From the NCBI GenBank assembly GCA_000934665.2, contig JYFJ02000602.1, forward strand, positions 62,001 through 119,323: 57,323 nt of DNA, read 5' to 3'. The position numbers and the translations under genes were made by a program. The DNA is from Catajapyx aquilonaris (Eukaryota). This document shows positions 48,901 through 57,323 of this stretch, piece after piece; the first letter of the stretch is position 1, and the number at the start of each line of letters is the position of its first letter. A model generated the notes under the pieces. That model searched no databases, was not told the DNA's origin, and saw only the letters and a list, made by a program, of their open reading frames with translations.

Positions 48901-49833
48901 TACAGGCTGCGACGACTGCCACGAGCCGTACAGGTTGGGGTAGGGCAGGGTCAGGGAGCACCGTCGGGTGTTGATTTTGGTGGGTTGGGGTACCGGTTCG
49001 GGGGGTTTGACCGGCAGAACGGGTATGTACATGTGAGCCAGGGTGCCAGGGGACAGCAGGTCCACGTTGAAGGAGGACCTCCGAAGAAGCTTCTTCCGCT
49101 CGTGAGGACCGGCGCCATGGTGCAGGGAAGACCTCGAGGAGAAGAGGTCACGTCTGCGGGCCAGGTTGGGCAACGGCTTTTGTTCCCCCGGGGGTCGCGT
49201 AGAGATGACAGAAACAGCAGTGGTGCTTCCGCTCTCCGACTCTTCCCAGGTGCTGTCCTCCTCCATGACTGGCTCCACCTGGTGTGGGAAGTTGCGGACT
49301 GGTGACATAGGCTTGCACGGGGGCGGGCTGTGGACAAAGGGGCGGGTCGTGGTTTCGCGTTGGGGTGACAACGGCCAGGACGTGGCGCCAGCCTGCTTCT
49401 CCTTCAGGGCCTGGATGGTGCCACTCTCCGGGGCCATCCGGCTGGTCGTGGTGGTACTCGTGGTGGTGGTGGTGGTCAGAATAGGAGATCGTGTCGGAGT
49501 TATTGTGGCCGGGGTTGTCTTCGGGGCCGTCGCGCCCTGCAGGGGCTTCATTTCCACTAGTGGGTACGTGTGTCCGCTAGACCCGGCGGAAGAGGCCAGT
49601 TTTATCTGCTCCTTGGCTGTGTCCGCTGACAAAGATGGCTCGCTCTTGGCGTCCTTGATGCTGGGACCGAACGGCAACCGCGACATTATGGTCAGGTTGG
49701 CATCTGTCGGGGGGTTCAGCTGGTGCGACTGGTTAGTGCTGTTGGTACTGCCAGTGTTGCTGATGTCTCCTTCTTGAATGGCCAGAGGCGCAGGAGGACC
49801 CGGAAAGGAGGATGGCTTGGAACCGGTCGCCAT
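30834..49833 (-). CDS. SLC4A11: SLC4A11/BTR1-like (sodium bicarbonate transporter-like protein 11), 14 coding exons, 1200 aa from ATG 49833
   Basis: Minus-strand exons 49833-48390, 37503-37419, 36064-35941, 35885-35673, 35183-34976, 34916-34803, 34734-34528, 34474-34147, 34065-33959, 33900-33735, 33681-33508, 33451-33256, 33191-33022, 30900-30834 total 3603 nt in frame. Motifs: TIQG...[111 protein letters not shown]. Confidence 0.93.
30999..31280 (+). mobile_element. Non-autonomous Helitron (Lep1-like), copy 1
   Basis: 5' a|TCTATATAAATAAAGCCG, (TCAG)n/(TCTG)n microsatellite, 3' GGCAACGCCGGG...GCAGCTAG|t. Inserted between A and T with no TSD; highly similar to 45893-46190. Confidence 0.8.
31746..32833. 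mobile_element. Foldback-type non-autonomous DNA element: long inverted arms made of ~150-160 bp tandem units
   Basis: Perfect terminal inverted repeat TAGTCCGGGCTCTAAG (31746) / CTTAGAGCCCGGACTA (32818-32833). About 3 units on the left, 4 reverse-complement units on the right; no ORF. Confidence 0.8.
33022..33191 (-). CDS. SLC4A11: SLC4A11 exon
   Basis: ttccag|GCC GCC TAT...GTC AG|gtgggt; [20 protein letters not shown]...[14 protein letters not shown]. Confidence 0.92.
33256..33451 (-). CDS. SLC4A11: SLC4A11 exon
   Basis: tgacag|...CAG|gtatgg; [11 protein letters not shown]...[23 protein letters not shown]. Confidence 0.92.
33508..33681 (-). CDS. SLC4A11: SLC4A11 exon
   Basis: tttcag|...GAG AT|gtgagt; [11 protein letters not shown]...[23 protein letters not shown]. 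Confidence 0.92.
33735..33900 (-). CDS. SLC4A11: SLC4A11 exon
   Basis: cgacag|...AAC AA|gtgagt; [28 protein letters not shown]. Confidence 0.92.
33959..34065 (-). CDS. SLC4A11: SLC4A11 exon
   Basis: caacag|G CCG TAC...GAA C|gtgagt; [35 protein letters not shown]. Confidence 0.9.
34147..34474 (-). CDS. SLC4A11: SLC4A11 exon, large extracellular loop and next TM
   Basis: gtatag|...AC|gtgcgt; sequons NTS, NAS, NGS then [22 protein letters not shown]. Confidence 0.9.
34528..34734 (-). CDS. SLC4A11: SLC4A11 exon
   Basis: ccacag|...AAA A|gtaagt; VGLWNSFF...[18 protein letters not shown]. Confidence 0.92.
34803..34916 (-). CDS. SLC4A11: SLC4A11 exon
   Basis: ttccag|...AAA A|gtaagt; [28 protein letters not shown]. 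Confidence 0.92.
34976..35183 (-). CDS. SLC4A11: SLC4A11 exon, TM1
   Basis: tcgcag|GAG GAG...ATT G|gtaagc; [23 protein letters not shown]...[14 protein letters not shown]. Confidence 0.9.
35673..35885 (-). CDS. SLC4A11: SLC4A11 exon
   Basis: aaacag|AAA GGC...TAC|gtgagt; [29 protein letters not shown]. Confidence 0.9.
35941..36064 (-). CDS. SLC4A11: SLC4A11 exon
   Basis: caacag|...GAG|gttcgt; [41 protein letters not shown]. Confidence 0.9.
37191..37397. repeat. 20-bp minisatellite (CACGATTCAGCATGCTCAAT) x ~10
   Basis: Directly visible 20-nt periodicity. Confidence 0.95.
37419..37503 (-). CDS. SLC4A11: SLC4A11 exon
   Basis: ttgcag|TG CAC ATC...GCA CT|gtgagt; [27 protein letters not shown]. 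Confidence 0.9.
42289..42430. repeat. Fragment with repeated GGGCCGATGT/ACATCGGGCC motifs (DNA-transposon subterminal-repeat-like)
   Basis: Five or six short direct and inverted copies in 140 bp; no matching second end seen. Confidence 0.5.
45893..46190 (-). mobile_element. Non-autonomous Helitron (Lep1-like), copy 2
   Basis: On the minus strand: a|TCTATATAAATAAAGCCG...(TCTG)n...CCCGGGCAACGCCGGG hairpin...CTAG|t. Confidence 0.82.
48390..49833 (-). CDS. SLC4A11: SLC4A11 large exon: S/T/P-rich N-terminal extension plus start of cytoplasmic domain
   Basis: ORF 48340..49833; ends ...VLFTSDS G|gtaggg. The conserved part ([21 protein letters not shown]...[12 protein letters not shown]) is 48594-48390. 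Confidence 0.8.
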
Positions 49834-52800
49834 CTTGGACAGAAGAAGATGGGAAAAAGGACAGAAGAAGAGACAGGAAGAGGAGGGAAGGGAAAAAAAG
49901 AGGGTGGGTTCTCAGTGCTGTCTCATGGCCATGCCCTCTTCCTCTTCCGCTTGGTGCCTCTCAGTGACCACATCACTGTCTGGCTGCAACGGGCCACCAT
50001 CCACAAGTCGCGTACGAACGCATGGCACGCACGTGCGAGCCCTACTCTCCGCGCCTGAGCTCCAAACCCTCCGCGCTGAGAGTCCCACGCACCCACGCAC
50101 CTGTTCACGCAACACAAGCACGCGCGGAGCACGTTGTCCTGGACCAAACGTCGATGTTACATGACTGGGGTGACTCTGAGCCCGACGCAAGGACGGAAGC
50201 CATGGTTCCGCAGTGGGGGTGGAGGATAAGGACCGACTGCGCAGACCTTCCCCCACCTCGCTCCGCACTCTCTATATCTACCAACCCCCTACCCTGCTTT
50301 TTCCACCCCCGCTTTAGGGGGTCCTCTATCCATCCTCCCCCACACAGCCCACCGTCGTCCCATCCCGGCTCCAGCCGTTGCCTAGGCGACTCGCGAAGAG
50401 CTACTCTGCGCAGGCCAATCGAAGATACCACCGGCGTTGCCATATACGGCCCTTTTGCCACTGGCAGCCATGGCCTACTGCCCTCCAAACCCACATACCC
50501 ACAGCTCGACTTTAGGCAGCTGAAGACATCCACACAGGTCATGTGACCAACTAAAGAATCAGAACCCGACCGATTCCTTCCTCTTTGTAACTCCTGATAG
50601 CCCCTCCGAAGCGCTCCCATCCGCAAGAATCGCGTTCGTGACCAGAAAGACAATAGCTGTTTGAGCAGCACCGCTTTAGGGTGGGACATAAAATTGGTGT
50701 AACACGCACCGGTATCTTTTAATCCGGAACAGCCTAATAATTTTTGCACAGTTTTCTGCAGGATGAGGGAATCTTTGGAATTGGCAACTCCGCCTTTTCC
50801 CGGAAAATCCTCCCCATCCCGCACAAACGGAGCTCTGCAATGGCTGCTGCTCCGCCCGCCCCCGCATTTTCGTGGTCCCCCTCTTCCCTAAATGGGACCT
50901 CCCCACCTCGACCGGACCAGATACACCACCGTATTATACATTTCGATTTAAGATGACGCAAGGCCATTACGATAGTAATGAACGTCTCCAATCGAATTTT
51001 CTGCTATCTAAATTAATTCCTCACTCGCCTTTATTTGGCCCTAGTGACAGTGTAAGTATGAATTATTAGCGAGCAACCTGTAACATGCGCAACAGCGTGT
51101 TGCTGTACTGTACACACCCTGTTTGATTACTAATGCAGGGTGGGATGACAGAAAGGGATTTAAGCTACAACCCGTTTGAAGTGGCATGGCGTTAAGATTT
51201 TATCGCGGCCGGTAGATGGCACGGCGTAGCAGAGGCAACGAGTTGGAGTCCCGAGAAAACCTACGCGAACACCTTTTCCCTCATCAATTCCGGGGAGGCT
51301 CGGAATGAAAATTCGGTATATGCGCTTATGCAAACTGGATCAAAACACGGGCGCGGGCCTCCATCCGAGGCTTGGAATGGGAAAATGTTTTTTCTGGTCC
51401 CCACCTCACCGTAGGGCCCAAAAGCCATGCAATTTAAGAGGCCTTTGTGGTAGAGGCGAGGCGCCCAGGACTTTTCAGAGGCCTCCCGCTGCTGGCAAAG
51501 AACAAGTGCCCTCCGGAGTTTCCTCAAAATCGGGAACAGTCCACGCAGTTGTGCTCGGTACCGCAGAAACTTCATCGCCAATATTGTGCGAAACTCGGCC
51601 AAACAACAAGGGACCTACAACAAAAGCCAGCTTGCGACGGAGTTTATTCCACGCAGTTGTCTGATTCAACAGAGCGATTCATTGGAAACGAGCTCGGTCT
51701 GGCCAAAGAGCCTCTTAACAATGCGAGGGACCTGACAGCAATGGTGTTTGATAACGGTAGTGGGAGACTGTGGGTTAAACACGCTTGTGTTTGAGGAACT
51801 GGTTGGTTTATGCTCAAACGGCGGTACATATTCATTTGGATATGGCGAATCATTACTGAAATGTGCTACACAGCAGCTTTTCTCCAATAAAAATCATCGC
51901 ACAGTACAGTTCTCCTAGAAGCTGTCTAAAAATACGTACGGTTACATAACCGTGACTGTACGCGTAATTCTTGCAGTGCTTGTCCATTACATGGACCAGT
52001 CAACCCTGATGCTGCGACAATATCAAAGCCCCCTAGAAAAAAAACAACGTCTATTCCGGCCAACTGCACCCCAATTTCTTTCTACTGTCCTAATCCAGCA
52101 CTTCACTCTAATTACGACCCTTATCTCGCCCAGCCAATCCCTCCGAAAGATTGAGGACCGCTGATACGTCCAGGAAAAAGTAGCCAACCGGAAACGCGTT
52201 AAGGCGCGTTCACATATACCCAATGTGACAAAAAAGGGGCTATTCAGCAATTAGATTGGCAGCAGACAGTCTGTTCCAAATTGAGCTAATTTTAAACAGT
52301 TATCAAAATATTAGATGATATTTTAAGCAGTTTTAGCTCGGCCGTAAGCTACGAGCATTTCTCGTTCAGTATGTCCCAGATGCAACAGGCAACTTCTCCT
52401 GAAACACGTTTCTAATTAAACCCCGGTTTTCAGCACCTGCTAATGAACTTGTCCCACAAGTGAATAATTCATCCTGGCTGTCCACCCGCGCGACCTGACC
52501 CTCGCCCAAAAAATGTAGCGTCCAGCTTGATTGAATTACCGGCGAAGTTCTTGACTTAAACATTTTTTCCAACGTTGTAAAATCGTGCAACATCGCATCA
52601 GCTGAGAGCAACCCCACCCATTGATCGTCAGATTCCTCCTGGAGCGACCCTGGGCTGCAGCAAACCATGGAATTTCATCTCCATGCTCTGGTGGGAGGGT
52701 CTCAGGTGTACTGCTCACCTGTCATACCATCGGATTTTGAATGTTTGCGATGTGGAAGTTTCTAGCGTGTCAAGGTCAGGTTTTATCCTGGAGTGGATGT

Positions 52801-55800
52801 CACCCATGCGGTTCCCTTGTTATGCGGGACATGTAGGGGCACCAATAATGTTGAAGTGCGGTGCAATGACCTGGAAGTATCAATAATTAATTATAGTGCC
52901 AATGTCGTTAATTGGCTTGGAGCTATCACTTTAATATTGAATCGATTGAAATCTAGATATTCCATATATAAAATTTTAAATCAAACGCGATCATATCTCA
53001 ACTGTGCAAAAGTGAAACCTATTCAAATTGAGCAGCTCTACTCAGCACAACTTATCATCAGGCAAAAAGTTTGAGCAAGAAGTGCAAAATTAATCTCCGC
53101 CGCTCTTTCGCAAAACCTTGAACCCAACTTCAGCGACTTCTAAATTATGGCATTGATATCGTGTATAAATTACCGCTCCCCAAAGTTTTGAATCAGCGAA
53201 AAAAAAAATAATTCCTAAGAAAACTAGGTCCATTCATCAGCAGTCCTACTCATTACCAATGCACCAAACTCGAATTATACACGGCGTATTAGTTCAGGAT
53301 TGCCAAGTTCATACAGTACCCAAAGTACAGGACTTGATCCACATTATCTACTTCCGCATCGTTGAATTTTTAATGGCTCAAGAGTATTGGCTTTCCCCCC
53401 GTTTTAATTGCCGAATTCTCGGGCAGTTTAATAAATTTTCCCGGCGCACTCCCCCCCTCTTTTCCCCCTGAAGCTTGGTAATTCTCTCTTCCTTTTTCTT
53501 CTCATTTGTCAGATTGAGCCATTTTCTGCCCTCCTACTGGCTGGAAAAAGGGAAGGTCGTGACGACGCAAACTTTTATAACTTGTCCCCTAGAAAAGTGC
53601 TGTGTCAAAAAGAAGCTCACCAGTGGATTACCCGGAGCTCATATATCCCACTATAGTAAAGTCGGTCCCAGAAAATCCCATCGCTGGCTACGTGAGGCTT
53701 TACTGGAGCCATATTATAGGCCTGTCTTATGGCCAGTACAGGGTGAGGCATTTAAAACATATTTGATGAACAACCCAAATAAATCTGGCTTGTTGCCACC
53801 GGGAGTTAAATAATTGAGCTAATTTCCTCGTACGATTTTTCATGTAACCCTGGGAGCGTATTAGGCACCATTTCTTCGCGGCGGTACAGTAAGCCGCAGC
53901 ATTCACATTGTTTTATTTGCGAATGGGAGAGGTTCCCACGAGTGCTAGGTTTAATCTAGCCAAATGGTAGTAATTCCACAGAGGTTCTGTCTAATTGATT
54001 TGGAGGTCCAAACGTATTCAACCGAGGGTGGACACAGTTTGATAACGGTCGTCGTTTGGTATTACAGTCACGCAACAACGGTGTTGAAGGGAGAGTTACT
54101 TTTCCATCCAGCAGAGATCGCCAGGGGTGGTTGGGGTGGGTGGCGTCCCCCACGCCATGATGTGGCGTGGCACGTACGGTGGTGGCATATGGCGGCTGGA
54201 TGCAGAGAAAGTCTGCAGTGTTGGTTACACGGCCTTCATTAGGTCAGTACATGACAGAACGAAAACTAAACGTGACTCAGCATTGTTCGGTCCATCTCTT
54301 TAAAATCGTATATACTTTTTGTCCTGCCTCACACCCGTGAGTAAAACGAATGGGTCGTTACATTCGCAATAAATTCCGGAAGGGGAAACGACCCGGGCAA
54401 AATGGCCGCATATATCCCCCTCCACATGGCACCCACTACATAGCAACCGAGATTCAGATGTGAGGCTTTCTAGGAAGTGACCTTGCCTGGAAAAGCTAAC
54501 CCAGATCCGGATCTAGTAGACCGAGGATCGATCCAACACCCCCACTATCCAGCAGCCTCCCCCTACTCTATTTCCCTGGCTCTGTCATTGCCACTTGCAT
54601 CACGCAGGACTCTCCCACCACGTCCATCACAGATAGCTCGGCATGACAAAAACACGCTTGTCTGAAGAGGACTGGTATGGGAGACTACAAAATGCGATGA
54701 AAGTGACATGATAGATGGCAAGTGTCTCGATTCGCTCGATAGATGTCGCCATGTCACGTATTTGAACCGGAAGTGGGGGCGGAAGTTAGATGTCGAAATA
54801 TTAAATCTAGCAGTACCAAATAATTATCTAAAAACATTTTAGTTAAATTCACGTACACAAATTAATTTACTGAATTGAGTCATTTTTCACTGAAAAATAT
54901 TATAACTGAGAATACAGATTTTAACCAAATTTTGTTATTCATTTTAGTAACATACAGTATACCCTTCCATCACATCTGTTGCACCGACAGTTCATCGCTC
55001 AGTTGTGAAATCACTGCCACGGATCCATCACCATCAAGCCACTTTACCCCCACCTGGTGAGTACATCCTCTAGAATAAGCGTCACCTGTTGCAAACATTC
55101 GATTCCCTAAAGTAAGTTAGGCCGCTTTCAGTATAAGACTCGCCTAGATTTCACGACTGCACTGCAGTGCTGAAGAAATAATTCCTCAGCTGCGAAAACA
55201 CTTCTACTCGCTTTTCCACTCTCGTTAGATGATGCTGGGAGTGGAGTGGACTCAGTATAAATATTGCATGGAAAATTAGCAAGGTTGGAATGCGCTAGAA
55301 GACTGTCAAGTGAGAGAAATGCTAAGCTGCTTTATAACGGTGAGAAATTCCAACTTGCTTAATTGCTGCTGAAATATTTACAAAAAAAAATTACAATTAA
55401 TGTGATATCACCTAACGGTCATCTCCCAGCCTCATCTGAGGCAAACTGTACGCCTCTCCTCAGCATCCACGCCATCTCGTACCAATAATCACAACTCATT
55501 AACACCCCCATCTAGCGGAGATGTACCCTATCCATATACCCAGGAACGCGCAGCTTCACTCTCGGGCTGGCCTTTCCAACTAGTACAGATTGTTGTGCAG
55601 AATTCCGAGGAAAATCTGGTCTTCTGCAGCTCTGGGGGGCCACTTGAACCTTGGGCAGAAGATTGAAATCTTCATCTGGGAACGACAGTCACGTGCTTCT
55701 CCATGCGTGCTGGAATGTGATTATGCGCCAGGCTTGTTTCTCACACAGGCTGGGCTCAGGCCTGGCCTTAAGCTCGGTTGGATGGTAATTGGGCAGGGGA

Positions 55801-56346
55801 GGTGATAAGAAGTCTCTTTTTCAGAGGACCATCCTATGTGTATATGTAAGTTTTGAGACGGCCCAACTGGATCGGGTCCAGACAGGCTCTTTGTCTTCTA
55901 GACCCCGTACATCTTGCTCCAGGAATTAGTATGGCCTGAGGAATCAATGCGGAGATTTGCTGTTGCAGACGAAAATCGTAAGGAGGCTTTCTTTCCAGTG
56001 GACCACCCCCGTTTGGTCGATTGCCAATCGATGTACGGCACTTGAGCAATCGCTTTTCTCGCGGTAAATCAGAGGCAGTTCATGGGGAAAAGGCTAGGTG
56101 AAGGTTGTATGGCCACTCCGACACCCCGTAGAAAATTCGGCTATAGGTTCACACGGGCTGCGACAAAAATTTCATATCAAAATTTTTCTTCATATATTTT
56201 TAGAATATGTATAAGTATATAATTTAAAATAAGTGTCGATATATTGGCTTCTAAGTTGTTGTGATTGGGCCATTCTTGTCGTCCAGTGACTGAACGACAT
56301 CCGTGTGAACCTAGCTTTTTCTCCTATAAGTCCTGAAATTACTCAC

Positions 56347-56387
56347 CTCAAGTTTGGAGTACATGAGCCCCACCTCGTCTCCATCGT
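56347..56387 (-). CDS. SLC4A11: Probable upstream 41-nt SLC4A11 exon (xDGDEVGLMYSKLE)
   Basis: Strong acceptor (ttcttctttgcag) and donor (GAG|gtgagt). Exits in phase 0, matching in-frame acceptors at 49833 and 48594. Confidence 0.65.
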
Positions 56388-57323
56388 CTGCAAAGAAGAA
56401 CGTACAATCATTAGTCGACATATTGCAACTGGGCCACATTCGCTCAAAAACTTAGAAAGTGCGCAATATGCGCAGTTCTCTACCAGAAGCGCTTCTCAAA
56501 ATATTCAAGATGAGAGGCCAGATGAGAGGCTCTCCAAGCCGATTAAAATCTGAACCCATCCAGAAACACCTCGTCTTTCTCCTTAAGTTGGAAAGAAGCC
56601 ATTAGCGACTGGCGCGCTGTCAAATTAAGACAACGCTTTTCGCACGATAGCGCAGACTTGCAAAGACAAGCAGTGTAACTTGTGGCGGCAAAAGCTGCAC
56701 TAAGGAATATTCCATCTCAAACTCGCTTCTTATCTCTCTTACGCTTCTCTAGAAAGGCTCTTCTTGTTGCTGGAACAATATTTTGCTTGATAGGCTATGG
56801 AAGACGTGAGTTGAAGGCGTTATTGTTGATCCAAAGCAAGTAATCCGGTGGAGTAGATAGAAAATGTGGTTCCTTACACAACCGTAGCACGTATTAGTGC
56901 TCCTTAAGTCTTAACGTGTACGTACACGTGTATTTCGGAGAAAATTCAAAAATGTATGTGTTTTATGAAGAACACCGATAAAACGTGTACCATTCCAGCA
57001 ATTAACGTTTGTGCTTCATTACGTAAATGTACATTACACCAGAATGCATAAATATACGGTACGTGATTCCAAAATTTAATCTTAAACGTACACGTGAAAT
57101 ATATCGCAACCGTATACGTGCTTTCCATACTTAAACTTGTACGTATACGTGCATTCCATCAAAAATCCAGTACTAAATAAGCTTGCTTTTTGAGAATAAC
57201 TGTTTACGTGTACGCTTACGTCTTATAAGCATGTGAGGGATCGTGCAAATACCACGTGACCGATTTTAGGCCACTTTTTGACCCCCCCCCTCCCCCCAGT
57301 GACCAACCGTGGTATCCATTGGA

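Noticed and set aside
49166..50824. Several long overlapping ORFs (49166..49777, 50022..50546, 50105..50824)
   Set aside because: Antisense shadows of the SLC4A11 exon or by-products of GC-rich sequence; no recognisable domains.
52719..52870. Minus-strand segment with a good acceptor and ACAG|gtgagc donor upstream of SLC4A11
   Set aside because: Stop codon in the frame set by the 56347 exon and wrong exit phase for its own ATG frame; could only be a non-coding exon, unsupported here.
56850..57323. ACGTGTA/TACACGT-rich stretch and a MITE-like start at ~57237
   Set aside because: Probably repeat-derived, but degenerate and truncated by the window edge.

Overview
Eukaryotic (animal, probably arthropod; taxon is inference) genomic DNA with two convergent, intron-rich genes reconstructed by hand from GT-AG junctions with consistent phases. 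(1) A + strand phospholipase C-like protein (PLCL/PRIP family; PH-EF-X/Y-C2-C-terminal domain) with 18 coding exons at 9695-26248 and a 5' end not securely in the window. (2) A - strand SLC4A11/BTR1-like transporter with 14 coding exons at 49833-30834 (1200 aa from the 49833 ATG), plus a probable upstream 41-nt exon at 56387-56347. Introns carry non-autonomous mobile elements and repeats: two Helitron copies, a 1.1-kb foldback element built of tandem units, MITE-like remnants and minisatellites. Best leads: the PLCL appears inactivated by a Glu-to-Lys change at the PLC-delta1 E341 position while keeping the residues vertebrate PLCL1/2 lost; SLC4A11 appears to have two in-frame splice acceptors 1239 nt apart that add or remove a 413-aa disordered N-terminal module; the PLCL tail is packed with docking motifs. 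Most ORFs in the six-frame track are spurious. I found no CRISPR array, rRNA or intact tRNA, and no clear wholly new multi-gene system.
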